From NCBI GenBank assembly GCA_964467655.1, contig CAYXSN010000006.1, forward strand, positions 9,601 through 73,600: DNA of 64,000 nucleotides. Direction: 5' to 3'. The notes under the pieces are model-generated. The model did no database searches, was not told the origin of the DNA, and worked only from the letters and a program-made list of their open reading frames with translations. Below are positions 27,614 through 37,469 of the stretch, piece by piece. The position numbers and the translations under genes were made by a program. Origin of the DNA: an uncultured Candidatus Saccharimonadales bacterium. GTDB lineage: Bacteria; Patescibacteriota; Saccharimonadia; UBA4664. How positions within the stretch are numbered: position 1 is the first letter of the stretch; each line of letters starts with the position of its first letter.

Positions 27614-28243
27614 TTAGGCTCCCCTTGCGGGAGATTTGCGCAAATTCTTGATCGCCTTCAGTAAGCGCTCACGCACATGCCACAAGACATATAAGATAAT
27701 CAATACAATCAGTACGACAGCTACTTGGTTCATCCGATGACTGATCGCCTCAAAATGTTCACCCACCGTATAACCCAGCCAAACCCACAAAGACGACCAC
27801 ACAAATGAGCCAATCAAAGAATACAGGACAAAGCTACCCACTTTCATTTGAGCAATACCAGCCGGATAAGCCACCAATCCTCGAATAACCGGCAAGCAGC
27901 GGCCAGCCATGGTCAACAGCGGCCCATATTTGTCAAAAGCCACCTGGGTTTTGGCGAGATCTTTCTGGGAAATCAAAAAATATTTACCATATTTTGCGAG
28001 GAACGGGTAACCGCCATAGCGACCGATTCCATACCCGACCATACCACCGACCAGCTGGGCCAAGGTACCAAATACTAAAACCACTGGCCAGCTCATGGTG
28101 CCGCGAGCTGCCAGCATGCCACCAACAGCCAACAGAATTTCTGATGGAATCGGTATGCCAAAACTATCTAGTATCAGGCCAACTGCCATACCGGCATATC
28201 CCAAAGCTGAAATCAAATCTAAGGCTATCTGACTAAAGTTCAT
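27614..28243 (-). CDS. DedA family protein
   Basis: PIPSE, GRCLPVIR, PAG; TATAAT 7 nt before ATG 28243. Confidence 0.9.
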   Translation of the reverse strand: MNFSQIALDLISALGYAGMAVGLILDSFGIPIPSEILLAVGGMLAARGTMSWPVVLVFGTLAQLVGGMVGYGIGRYGGYPFLAKYGKYFLISQKDLAKTQVAFDKYGPLLTMAGRCLPVIRGLVAYPAGIAQMKVGSFVLYSLIGSFVWSSLWVWLGYTVGEHFEAISHRMNQVAVVLIVLIILYVLWHVRERLLKAIKNLRKSPARGA

Positions 28244-28276
28244 AACCACCATTATACCCACAAGGTCGCATTGGCG

Positions 28277-30091
28277 TCACGGCCGAACCGAAACCCTGGC
28301 CGCTTCAATGCTTGCGCGGACAGCCTCAAGTTGCTCAAGCCTCGGCTTGAGTGTTAGATCAACCGCCCGATTCTCACGGACATCCTTGGAGTAACGAGCC
28401 AGCATGGCATCTATTACAGCCAACGCTTCGTCATACCGGCCTTGCCGCCACTGAGCCGCCGCTAGATCACCTGCGTATTCAGGATGGTTGTTGGAGTCGC
28501 GAGCCAATGCCCGGATCGCCGCGTCAGTCGCCGCCTGCAGCTGATTTTGGGCCAGCCAGACTCGCGACTCAAGCTGCCAATGTTGGCCGTCGTAATGGTC
28601 AAGGGCTTCGGCTCGGCGAGCGTAGTCCAGCGCCTCATCCAGATACGATTGCCGTTGTGGCTTGTTATGCGAAAGTTGCGCTTGAGCCAATGCCACAATC
28701 CCACGTGCCGTCAACCAGTCTGGATTACCTATTCCGTATTTGTTAGCGTCATCATAAGCACTGGCCGCCGCCGGATAGTCGTCGTTCTCCAGATAAATCT
28801 TGGCCCGTTCAGCCGCCGAAGCTGCGGTGTATTGCGAAGCAGCCAGCACAGCTACCAGTATGAGTCCAAGTAGCACCCAACCACGGCCAGGCTTATGCTG
28901 CCGAGGTTGCCAACACAGTAAGGCAATGAGCATGGCCAGGCTCGCCACAATGGCTGGATACGAACCACCAATATCAACAGCCATATGACTTATGGCTGCC
29001 AGGACTCCCAAAAACAGCCCCAACCAGGCCCGTCCCAGTTGCCATAAACCAGCCATCATCAACACCGTCAAGCCAACTATCAACCAGCCCAATAGACCAA
29101 ACCCAACGAACCCTAGTTCCGCCAACACTTGCAACGGCAGACTATGAACGCTTTGGGACGCATCTATCGGACTGTGCTGGTATTGTGGGTGGACGTCACC
29201 AAAGGCTCCGGCCCCCACCCCGCTAATTGGCTGAGCCGCCCACATCGCTCCGGCGCTTGCTACATACAGCCACCGGTCTTGCAAGCTTTGCGATTGTCCG
29301 TCGGCCACTTCGGCCACTCGCGCCGACAACCCAGCACTGGCCGTGTGATGGCGCCCCATCAAATCGGCTAGTTGCACCGTCCCAAGGTTCACCAATGAGC
29401 ATACCAAAAGGATGAACAATATTTTTATCCAAAAACGCTTTGTTGTAGGGATCACAATTACCAGAATAAGGCTATAAAAAGCCAATATTACGATGGCCGC
29501 CCTTGAAGCCGTCAGCCAGATTGCCACTCCAGTTACGGCTAAAACCATGCCGGTAAACCAAGCCTTTCGACGGCTTTTTTGGACTACGAGCCAGTCAGAC
29601 AACAGCATCAAAACTGCCGGCAGCAAATAGGTAGCAGCGGGGTTCGGCCAGTAAACAGGTCCAACCAATCGGTCATAATCGCCGAAGACATATAAAACAA
29701 TTCCCCAGACTGCGAAAGCTGCCGCCGAAACCAAATAACCAAGTTTGATGAGCTCACGCCCCTGAGGTTGCCTTATAACCAACCTGCTCAACCAAAACAC
29801 TCCCCCAGCGATCGCCCACAGCTGCACCCAGAGCAATGTACTGTAGCGGTTGGCTGTCCACCACCCACTCAAAGCCCCCCAACCAACAAATGCCAGAAAA
29901 CATAACGCTACCCACAACGGCATGCTTCGCCTCAGCTGCCCTTCGCGATAGGCCAGCAGAGCCGCCAGCACCAACGCCATAGCGCTTACGAGGCCAGCGA
30001 GTGGCTCCTTACCTCCAGTCAGCCAGGGAAACGTGGCCAGCACCAAACAAACTACCCACGTTCTCGTAATAATTGGCCTCACGGTATCCAT
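28277..30091 (-). CDS. O-antigen ligase-like (Wzy_C) protein with C-terminal TPRs, possible pilin O-oligosaccharyltransferase
   Basis: TASRAA, GVGAGAF, H..PLQVLAELG; TPR-like tail. Confidence 0.8.
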   Translation of the reverse strand: MDTVRPIITRTWVVCLVLATFPWLTGGKEPLAGLVSAMALVLAALLAYREGQLRRSMPLWVALCFLAFVGWGALSGWWTANRYSTLLWVQLWAIAGGVFWLSRLVIRQPQGRELIKLGYLVSAAAFAVWGIVLYVFGDYDRLVGPVYWPNPAATYLLPAVLMLLSDWLVVQKSRRKAWFTGMVLAVTGVAIWLTASRAAIVILAFYSLILVIVIPTTKRFWIKILFILLVCSLVNLGTVQLADLMGRHHTASAGLSARVAEVADGQSQSLQDRWLYVASAGAMWAAQPISGVGAGAFGDVHPQYQHSPIDASQSVHSLPLQVLAELGFVGFGLLGWLIVGLTVLMMAGLWQLGRAWLGLFLGVLAAISHMAVDIGGSYPAIVASLAMLIALLCWQPRQHKPGRGWVLLGLILVAVLAASQYTAASAAERAKIYLENDDYPAAASAYDDANKYGIGNPDWLTARGIVALAQAQLSHNKPQRQSYLDEALDYARRAEALDHYDGQHWQLESRVWLAQNQLQAATDAAIRALARDSNNHPEYAGDLAAAQWRQGRYDEALAVIDAMLARYSKDVRENRAVDLTLKPRLEQLEAVRASIEAARVSVRP

Positions 30092-30118
30092 AGCTCTGTA
30101 CCCTAGTATAATGGAACT

Positions 30119-31042
30119 ATGGCTACCTTACCGCTATCAGACCTGGTGACAGATTATCTCGAGCATCTCGAGATCGAGCAGAACCGCTCCCAAAAAACCA
30201 TCACCAATTACGACCACTACCTCCAGAGACTGGTAGAATTTACTGATAACTGCGACATTAACCAACTCGATGCCGAGATGGTCAGGCAGTGGCGGCTCAA
30301 TCTCAACCGTACCCGTGATAGCCGCGGAGCTGAGTTGTCCAAGACGACCCAAAACTATCACCTGATCGCCCTGAGAAGCTTCCTCAAGTACCTGGCCAAG
30401 CGCGACGTGAAAGCGCTCGACTCCGCCAAAATTGAACTCGCCAAAACTATCAGACCCCAGGTCACGTTTTTAGACAATGAAGAACTCGGCCGTCTATTTA
30501 ATGCCATTGATACCTCAAACCCCATCGGCCTCAGAGACAGGGCGATAGTTGAGCTATTATTCTCTGGAGGCTTGCGCGTCAGCGAACTAATCGGCCTCGA
30601 TCGTTCCCAGGTCAATATCGCCCGGCGCGAGTTTATGGTCCGCGGCAAGGGCCAAAAAGACAGGCCGATCTTTATCTCGGAATCAGCCGCCGACTGGCTC
30701 GATCGGTATTTGGCCACCCGCCAAGATTCGGCCGCTCCCCTGTTCATCCATTATTCAGGTACTGGCGACCAAAGTGAAAACGGCGCCTTCCAGCGGCTTA
30801 CCGCCCGCAGCGTCCAACGCCTGATCAAGCGCTATGCTGGAGCTGCCGGTATCATCAAGCACGTCACGCCCCACACCCTGCGCCACAGCTTCGCGACCGA
30901 CCTGCTCCACAACGGCGCCGACCTCAGAAGCGTCCAGGGCCTCCTAGGTCACGCCAATGTCCAAACCACGCAAATTTATACCCACCTGACCGACCCGCAG
31001 CTCAAAAGCGTCCATGAGCGGTTTCACAACCAATCAGCCTAA
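30119..31042 (+). CDS. Tyrosine recombinase XerC/XerD
   Basis: GLRVSE, GKG.K.R, HTLRHSFAT, LGHA, TTQIY. Confidence 0.92.
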   Translation: MATLPLSDLVTDYLEHLEIEQNRSQKTITNYDHYLQRLVEFTDNCDINQLDAEMVRQWRLNLNRTRDSRGAELSKTTQNYHLIALRSFLKYLAKRDVKALDSAKIELAKTIRPQVTFLDNEELGRLFNAIDTSNPIGLRDRAIVELLFSGGLRVSELIGLDRSQVNIARREFMVRGKGQKDRPIFISESAADWLDRYLATRQDSAAPLFIHYSGTGDQSENGAFQRLTARSVQRLIKRYAGAAGIIKHVTPHTLRHSFATDLLHNGADLRSVQGLLGHANVQTTQIYTHLTDPQLKSVHERFHNQSA

Positions 31043-32256
31043 CAATCGAGCAGGTCGGCTAGGGCGTTAAGGGTGGTACCAAAATCTGCCGGAGTAAGTA
31101 CTGCATGGTAATTACCGGCAGCACCAGTTGTTTGATCGGCTAAATAGTGTAGAACCGGGTTATCTGGCACACCTGCCTGAATGCCCACCGTATAGACTTT
31201 CATAGTGGTATATGGAGGTACAATATTGTTATCGATGAAGTTTTTCAGATAAGCTTCATTCTCTGGCTGGTTCCAATAACCGGACGTCGGATCAACCTCA
31301 CGATAGTCGTCAGGAAAACCATCAGATATAAACACGACGATCTTGTCGGCCCCGGGCCGAGCTGCGCCACTATTGAGCACCGTCCAAGCCCGCTGCAAGG
31401 CCGGCTTATACCGTGTTTCAGTCGTGGTTGTAAAATCTGACTGGTTATCGACAGTCGCCATAAGATTTGGCACATTGGTCGTTAAACTCTGTTTGACTAC
31501 AGGATTCGTATCATTAAATGCAATGATAGCACCTTGGTTTCCGCTACCAATTCCAACGTTATTCAAAAATCCGCCAGCACCTACTAGCAAGTCGATCATA
31601 ATCTGCATTCGGTTATATGCTTGATAGTTCCAATCGGGTCCATTCCAGTCCCATTTCATCGATTCCGAAGAGTCAAGCACGAAAACAATATCGCTGTTGT
31701 TCACACACACGGGCGGAACCGGCGCCGGAGTCGTGGCTACCAGCCGAGTCAGCTGGGTAGCCACGTGATTGACGTTGGTTGGGCCTCCGCTCAAATCACG
31801 AAAGCCCCAATATACCTGGAAATTAACAGTTTCGGGGCTACCAGGGTTATCAGGAGTAGCCACGATCTCCACATAGGAATCAGGCACAGTAATCACGTCT
31901 GGAGTCACCGATCCAACCACCGGCACATAGCCGTCACCAGTTTTGATCATATGAAAGCACCGATCGGGCCCTGCCCCCCGACAGCCACTCAAGGCGCTGG
32001 TATTAAGTACGCCGGTGTAGGTAGCACCGTTACCAGTAGTAAACTCGCTCCAACTGTGGTTATCACGGAAGTTGCGCAGATACTCCAGTTGGTTTTGGGC
32101 CACCAAAGCAACCGTTGTGCGCTCGCGGGCTGTCTGGCCCTGCTGGAAAGCCCGAATGGCCAGGCGGGTTGAACTCAAAAGCACCAGCGACAAGATTGCC
32201 AGAGCAACAGTTACTTCAACCAGAGTATCACCCCGGCTATCACGCCTTAAGGACAT
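31039..32256 (-). CDS. Prepilin-like protein fused to a vWA domain
   Basis: RG|DTLVEV type III signal; DIVFVLDSSES MIDAS, FISDG. Confidence 0.85.
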   Translation of the reverse strand: MSLRRDSRGDTLVEVTVALAILSLVLLSSTRLAIRAFQQGQTARERTTVALVAQNQLEYLRNFRDNHSWSEFTTGNGATYTGVLNTSALSGCRGAGPDRCFHMIKTGDGYVPVVGSVTPDVITVPDSYVEIVATPDNPGSPETVNFQVYWGFRDLSGGPTNVNHVATQLTRLVATTPAPVPPVCVNNSDIVFVLDSSESMKWDWNGPDWNYQAYNRMQIMIDLLVGAGGFLNNVGIGSGNQGAIIAFNDTNPVVKQSLTTNVPNLMATVDNQSDFTTTTETRYKPALQRAWTVLNSGAARPGADKIVVFISDGFPDDYREVDPTSGYWNQPENEAYLKNFIDNNIVPPYTTMKVYTVGIQAGVPDNPVLHYLADQTTGAAGNYHAVLTPADFGTTLNALADLLDC

Positions 32257-33269
32257 GTGTATCCTCCTCCCGGAAATGCATTACCCAACACCACGAAGTC
32301 TTTGCAAACCCCAGTATCAGAAAATATGACATAGTTTAAGCCCGACGCCGGCGCCTGAGGACTCGGTACTTTGCTAATCACCCGCCGGTAAGCCGTACCG
32401 GCCTTGGCCGTGACATCAATGGTCACCATACCGTCGGGCACATCTACTACAGCTCCGGTAGCATTATTACCGGCGTAAAACGTCATCCGGTAACCCGACG
32501 CACCATATCTAGATTGTAAGCGGAACATATGGGCATTAGCACCGGTAAACCCGCTCAGCACCACCTGACAGTGATACGGCGTCCGCACGGCACTGCAGTT
32601 GCCGTAATAAGGTCCCCCGGTGCTAAAAGCCGCCGCCGCCCCATAGTTGACGGCACCAGCCGCAGCGCCTCCCGGCAAAAACAATGCATTCTGGATTAAC
32701 ATTCTGCAGGCCGGCGGCACCGCTCCGTTCACACAAACATCATTGACCGTTACGTTGCCAGGTGGGTATTGAACGATCGTCATCTCCAAAGGTGGCGCAA
32801 AGGGCAAAGTTGCATCATATTCCGACTGACTAGGCAACGGCAGGCTGGTGTTGTAATAGGCGGCATTCACGTTGGGTGACTGGTCCCACTCAAGCTTGAC
32901 GCTATTATAGCCTGGAGCAACTACAAAACCCGGATCCACCGTCACCGAGGTATTGGGGCTCGATAACCTGCCCGAGGGCTGACCTGACACTTCAATCTGC
33001 TGGCAGCTCCATTCGGCAGTGTCATACGTCACCCGAGCACAGGGCTGGTCAGCCAATACCGAACCGGCCAGCACCCGTTTAACCGCCTCCTCGACACCGG
33101 CTTCGGCCGTATAATAGGCCCTCATCGACTGTTCAGTGTCGGAAGCCTTGCGTAGCTGAGCCACCTCAAGGGTCACCATCGTGGTAGTTACCAAGAGCAA
33201 GAGCAGGCTTATCAAAATAACAGTAATCATCGATACGAAACCACGTTGGCCCGAAGGCTTCATAGTACT
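32247..33269 (-). CDS. PilX-like minor pilin
   Basis: RG|FVSMI without E5; AYYTAEAGVE; ATGA overlap with the upstream stop. Confidence 0.75.
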   Translation of the reverse strand, partial: STMKPSGQRGFVSMITVILISLLLLLVTTTMVTLEVAQLRKASDTEQSMRAYYTAEAGVEEAVKRVLAGSVLADQPCARVTYDTAEWSCQQIEVSGQPSGRLSSPNTSVTVDPGFVVAPGYNSVKLEWDQSPNVNAAYYNTSLPLPSQSEYDATLPFAPPLEMTIVQYPPGNVTVNDVCVNGAVPPACRMLIQNALFLPGGAAAGAVNYGAAAAFSTGGPYYGNCSAVRTPYHCQVVLSGFTGANAHMFRLQSRYGASGYRMTFYAGNNATGAVVDVPDGMVTIDVTAKAGTAYRRVISKVPSPQAPASGLNYVIFSDTGVCKDFVVLGNAFPGGGYTCP

Positions 33270-33814
33270 CATCGCGGGGTTGCTCCTGAATTTAACGTTA
33301 CCACAGCACAATATGATGAAGCAGCGTTACATTTGGTGGCAGCACCAGACCCGGTCGTCGTACCATTATTGGTAGCCACAGTCAGGCTAATTTCGATCTG
33401 GGGTTTGTCGCCTGGTGTCGGTACAATAACCTGAGGCACAAAATTAACTACCGAAACCTTATCGGTCGTGAGTCGCCGGGCATTGAGGCGACTCAAGCAG
33501 CCATCAGCCACCATCAGGTATGTACCATTCACGTAATAGACCTGTTCCCCTGCCGTTTTGGCGAGGCACAAAGCTGTACCTGTCGGCGGCACGCCGCCAA
33601 CAGAGGCATTGGTGGTTGCCGATGAAGCTCTCACTGACTGCACCATCTCTTCCATGGCCAGTCTGGCATTATCCTGTGCCTCATTGAGCGCATTCGCTCG
33701 GTTGCGCATATTGGTAATGTTGATAAAGCCCATCACAATTATGAGGAACATGCCGCTAAAGACCGCCATGGCAATGGTCAGCTCAATGAGAGTAAAGCCA
33801 CCCGAGCGCCTCAT
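33269..33814 (-). CDS. Minor pilin (PilW-like)
   Basis: GG|FTLIEL. Confidence 0.85.
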   Translation of the reverse strand: MRRSGGFTLIELTIAMAVFSGMFLIIVMGFINITNMRNRANALNEAQDNARLAMEEMVQSVRASSATTNASVGGVPPTGTALCLAKTAGEQVYYVNGTYLMVADGCLSRLNARRLTTDKVSVVNFVPQVIVPTPGDKPQIEISLTVATNNGTTTGSGAATKCNAASSYCAVVTLNSGATPR

Positions 33815-34428
33815 AGCCGCCTCGCTAACCCCGACTCATCTACCTGGATAGTCGAGCCATGGCCTTCGTTATCAACAATTTGGAACTGCATACTGCTGGC
33901 AGCACAAACTCCACCCGCGAAATAGCCGTCAACCGGCGTTGATTGGTCGGCCACCATGCAGGTGCGGGCTGAACCATCATCATTCTTGATAAACAAAACC
34001 CGTCCACCAGCCGCCGACGGTGATGTCACCCTCACTCCATCAGGTAATGTCACATCAACTGTCTGATAGACACAGGCCCGCACTCCAGGCAAAGCCTTCC
34101 AGGATCTCAAGGTAACCGCCGGCGAGGTATTCGTGGCCACCCACTCCACACCGGCGTACACGTATTGGCCGGGCCCACCTGGACAGCTATCGGTACCATC
34201 GCCGGTACCGACGTTATTAACTGCAGCCAACGCCTGATTGCGGGCTGTAGTCGCACTGGAAATTATGTTGTTCACCGCCGCGTCAAACTGAGTCCTGGTC
34301 CGCAACCCCCGTTGGCCGGCAAAGACAGTCAGAACGAGCAGGCCGGAAATAGCAAACACAAACATAAGTTCAATTAACGAAAAACCAGCTTGGTTCCTTG
34401 TCACCATAAGTACTTTCAATTGTACCAT
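33811..34428 (-). CDS. Minor pilin (FimT/GspH-like); start probably ~34407
   Basis: AG|FSLIEL. Confidence 0.85.
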   Translation of the reverse strand: MVQLKVLMVTRNQAGFSLIELMFVFAISGLLVLTVFAGQRGLRTRTQFDAAVNNIISSATTARNQALAAVNNVGTGDGTDSCPGGPGQYVYAGVEWVATNTSPAVTLRSWKALPGVRACVYQTVDVTLPDGVRVTSPSAAGGRVLFIKNDDGSARTCMVADQSTPVDGYFAGGVCAASSMQFQIVDNEGHGSTIQVDESGLARRL

Positions 34429-34433
34429 GATCC

Positions 34434-35231
34434 TTAGTCAATTCCGCCTAAACGCAAATAGGCAGCCACAATTTCGCGCCCATACAAATAAGCCACAATC
34501 GTGCCGAGCACCAAATACGGGCCGAATGGTATATGATCGCGGCGCCCGCGTTTTCTGGTAACAATCAGCCAGACTCCCGCCAGAGCCGCCACGTTAAAAG
34601 CCACAAACATTGCCACCATCGTTCCTTGCAACCCAAGCAGCAGACCCATAGCAAACGCCAGCTTGATATCGCCCCCACCCATAGCCCGGCCGCGGCTGGC
34701 CGCTGCCATCAGCCAAAAAGCCCCGCCGCCCAATAAGGCAGCCGCCAACGCCCCTTGCACCACCCGCAGTTCACTAGTTACTATCGCGCTGGCTGCCGCC
34801 AAGACCGCCACCACCATCGTCAACGGCAGCATTAATTTATCGGGCAATAGCATCCAGCGCCAGTCGTAGGCAGCTAAGGCTAGAAGCAAAGCAGTCACTA
34901 AGAGCCACGTACCAAACTGCAGAACACTACCCGGTAAAACCGGGTAAAACACCCACATACTCCACGCAAAGACCACGCCTGCTACCAGTTCGACGACAGG
35001 GCCATCGGTAATACTTTTGCGACAGTAACGGCACTTTCCGCCCAGGACGATCCAGCTTACTACCGGCACCAAGTCTCTGGCGGCCAGCAGATGGCCACAA
35101 TGACTGCAATGACTCCGGCCACGCACCCAGCTCATGCCTTCATGGAGTCGCCAGACCAAGGCATTTACTCCCGAGCCAACCACAAGACCCAAAGCCCCAG
35201 CCCACACAACTAGTAAATCTCGTTCAAGCAT
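34434..35231 (-). CDS. pilD: Prepilin peptidase
   Basis: RSHCSHC, GKCRYC, YD...LPD, MGGGDIKL, IPFGPY. Confidence 0.93.
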   Translation of the reverse strand: MLERDLLVVWAGALGLVVGSGVNALVWRLHEGMSWVRGRSHCSHCGHLLAARDLVPVVSWIVLGGKCRYCRKSITDGPVVELVAGVVFAWSMWVFYPVLPGSVLQFGTWLLVTALLLALAAYDWRWMLLPDKLMLPLTMVVAVLAAASAIVTSELRVVQGALAAALLGGGAFWLMAAASRGRAMGGGDIKLAFAMGLLLGLQGTMVAMFVAFNVAALAGVWLIVTRKRGRRDHIPFGPYLVLGTIVAYLYGREIVAAYLRLGGID

Positions 35232-35244
35232 AAGCATAGTATAC

Positions 35245-35273
35245 AAAAAAGAGACCGCAAAGGCCTCTTTTTT
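35245..35273. terminator. Terminator-like hairpin after the major pilin
   Basis: AAAAAAGAG-ACCGCAAAGGC-CTCTTTTTT. Confidence 0.65.
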
Positions 35274-35291
35274 GGGAAAAACTAGACAGAA

Positions 35292-35720
35292 CTAGTTGTT
35301 GACGCAGTAAGCTGCACCAGCTTCTTGAGCAATCCGAACCGCTACAGCCGTCGCCCGGGCAGCACCACCACACTCAGTACCAAAAGTAATTTGGAACTTA
35401 GTCTGGGTAGCAGCCGCCGCATCAGCAGTGTAGGTCGCACCACCACCTACCACCGTTGCCGGGCTAAAGTAGGTGTTCGGAGCCGTAATCAACTGGGCCG
35501 TGTTCGTACAGTTCGTGTATGCACCGCCATTATTGGCCGCACATGACTCAACCGCCGATAGCATCCTACCCGCGTCAGTCTGCCGCTGCGAATCACGCCG
35601 TGACCGCTGGGCACCTTGAACCGCCAGGAACACGATTACCAGCAGCAAACCGGCAATCGCCAGCACCAGGACGATTTCAATCAGGGTAAAACCCTTCTCC
35701 TTTTTCAAAAGGTTGCTCAC
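35292..35720 (-). CDS. Type IV major pilin candidate
   Basis: KG|FTLIEI, C-terminal Cys; own promoter, GAAAGG SD and terminator. Confidence 0.88.
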   Translation of the reverse strand: MSNLLKKEKGFTLIEIVLVLAIAGLLLVIVFLAVQGAQRSRRDSQRQTDAGRMLSAVESCAANNGGAYTNCTNTAQLITAPNTYFSPATVVGGGATYTADAAAATQTKFQITFGTECGGAARATAVAVRIAQEAGAAYCVNN

Positions 35721-35814
35721 CTATTAATACCTTTCTTTAATAATGTTGCTTAAGCAATAGTATTGCACTTATGCTTGCGCCGGTCAATGTCTTCGCAACT
35801 GACAAGCTGATGCT

Positions 35815-36228
35815 CTAATTATGAACACAATATGAGGTGCCGGATTCTTGGCCTACCGCCACCGACATAGTGCCGCCGCAGGTTGCCGGGATCAGTAGCT
35901 CGCCAACACCGGGATTTCCCGATGTCACTATGCTATAGCTCGCCGAACTGCCAACCTGGTTGGCTGGATCAAGAAAATGATCAGCTATGAGTTGAGCGGC
36001 GCAGTCAGTCGTACCGTTATAGGCACCGGCGTTTCTCGATGAGCACAACTCCATAGCTGCCAGTGCTCGACTAGCATCCTGTTGGCGTTGACCATCACGT
36101 CGAGATCTTTGAGCGCCTTGCACTGCCACAAATACAACGATCAAAAGTAAACCGGCAATCGCCAAAACAATCACGATCTCAATCAGTGTAAAACCCTTTT
36201 GGTGTTGAGGAGTTCGCGGAAATTTCAT
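35815..36228 (-). CDS. Type IV pilin paralog
   Basis: KG|FTLIEIVIVLAIAGLL..VQGAQRSRRD, nearly identical N-terminus to 35292-35720. Confidence 0.85.
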   Translation of the reverse strand: MKFPRTPQHQKGFTLIEIVIVLAIAGLLLIVVFVAVQGAQRSRRDGQRQQDASRALAAMELCSSRNAGAYNGTTDCAAQLIADHFLDPANQVGSSASYSIVTSGNPGVGELLIPATCGGTMSVAVGQESGTSYCVHN

Positions 36229-36235
36229 CTGACAA

Positions 36236-37462
36236 CTACTTGAGTTTATTGGCCCCACCCGATCCAACCAGACCGTACACTGGCAGCAACACCGCCACGA
36301 TCACTCCCCCGACCACTACACCCAGCACTACCATCAACAGGGGCTCGATAGTAGTCGACAAATTCTTGACCTCTTCATCGACTTCACTTTCATAATAAAT
36401 AGCTACCCGATCAAGCATAGAGTCAATAGCGCCAGACTGTTCGCCAATCTTGATCATTTGAGGCACAAGCTTCAAAAAGGTGGATTTATCTTCAAGGGTC
36501 GACGATAACGCCTTACCGCCTTTCACGCTCGATATCGACTTTTCCAGATCGTTTTCCACGTGCACGTTACCGATGGATTCTTTGACAATTCTCATAGCTT
36601 CAAGCATCGGAATACCGCTGGCCAACATGGTGCTTAAGGTGCGGGCAAACCTAGCCATATAAACCTTACGAAAAATCCGTGAAAACAATGGCATTTCGAG
36701 CTTAAGTCTGTCCAAAGTAGAGCGACCGACGGGAGTCCGAGCGTAACTGCGCAAACCCATAACCATACCCACCAATGCCACAATACAGATATACCAGAAA
36801 CGAACCATAAAATCAGACAAGGCTAGGAGGATTTTAGTAGTTATAGGCAGGTCAGCATTTAAATCCTTATACAAACCACCCACTTGAGGTAGGACTGTCG
36901 TCAACATGAATACCAACACCCCCACAATCACCGCCAAAACAATCACAGGGTAGACCAAAGCGCTCCTGACTTTACCCAAAATGGCAGCATCTTTTTCTTG
37001 TTGGTTAGCAATGCGTTCTAGAGATTTATCGAGCGAGCCCGATGCCTCACCGGCTGCCACCAAACTAACGTACACGTCACTAAATACGTTGGGGTACCGC
37101 GAAAATGCCTGGTTTAAGGTAGTCCCGCCTTCGACACTAGTAACCACCTCTTGCAGGATTTGCTTCAAGTTCTTGTTTTGAACCTGCTCGCTAACTGTTC
37201 TCAAGCTTTGAGCCAGAGGCAAGCCGGCATTAATCAAAGTTGAAAGCTGGCGGGTAAAGATGATTCTGTCTTTTGTAGGAACCCGGCCACCAAATCCAGC
37301 TTTCTTGAAAAAACCAGCTGACTCCTTAGGTTCAATCGAAATCGGGAACAAACCCTGACCCATGAGAACTTTAGCGGCGGCCGATTCCGATTCGGCCTGA
37401 ACTTCAGCCTTGATGACTTGGTCGCCTTCGGCGCGATGGGCAGTATAAACAAAGCTCCGCAT
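36236..37462 (-). CDS. pilC: Type IV pilus platform protein
   Basis: FTRQLSTL, GEASG, GEQSG, IEP. Confidence 0.93.
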   Translation of the reverse strand: MRSFVYTAHRAEGDQVIKAEVQAESESAAAKVLMGQGLFPISIEPKESAGFFKKAGFGGRVPTKDRIIFTRQLSTLINAGLPLAQSLRTVSEQVQNKNLKQILQEVVTSVEGGTTLNQAFSRYPNVFSDVYVSLVAAGEASGSLDKSLERIANQQEKDAAILGKVRSALVYPVIVLAVIVGVLVFMLTTVLPQVGGLYKDLNADLPITTKILLALSDFMVRFWYICIVALVGMVMGLRSYARTPVGRSTLDRLKLEMPLFSRIFRKVYMARFARTLSTMLASGIPMLEAMRIVKESIGNVHVENDLEKSISSVKGGKALSSTLEDKSTFLKLVPQMIKIGEQSGAIDSMLDRVAIYYESEVDEEVKNLSTTIEPLLMVVLGVVVGGVIVAVLLPVYGLVGSGGANKLK

Positions 37463-37469
37463 ACCTGTA

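Noticed and set aside
30119-31042. Integron integrase or pilin invertase
   Set aside because: Ordinary Xer-length protein with no evident IntI insertion; no attC array or invertible repeats noticed
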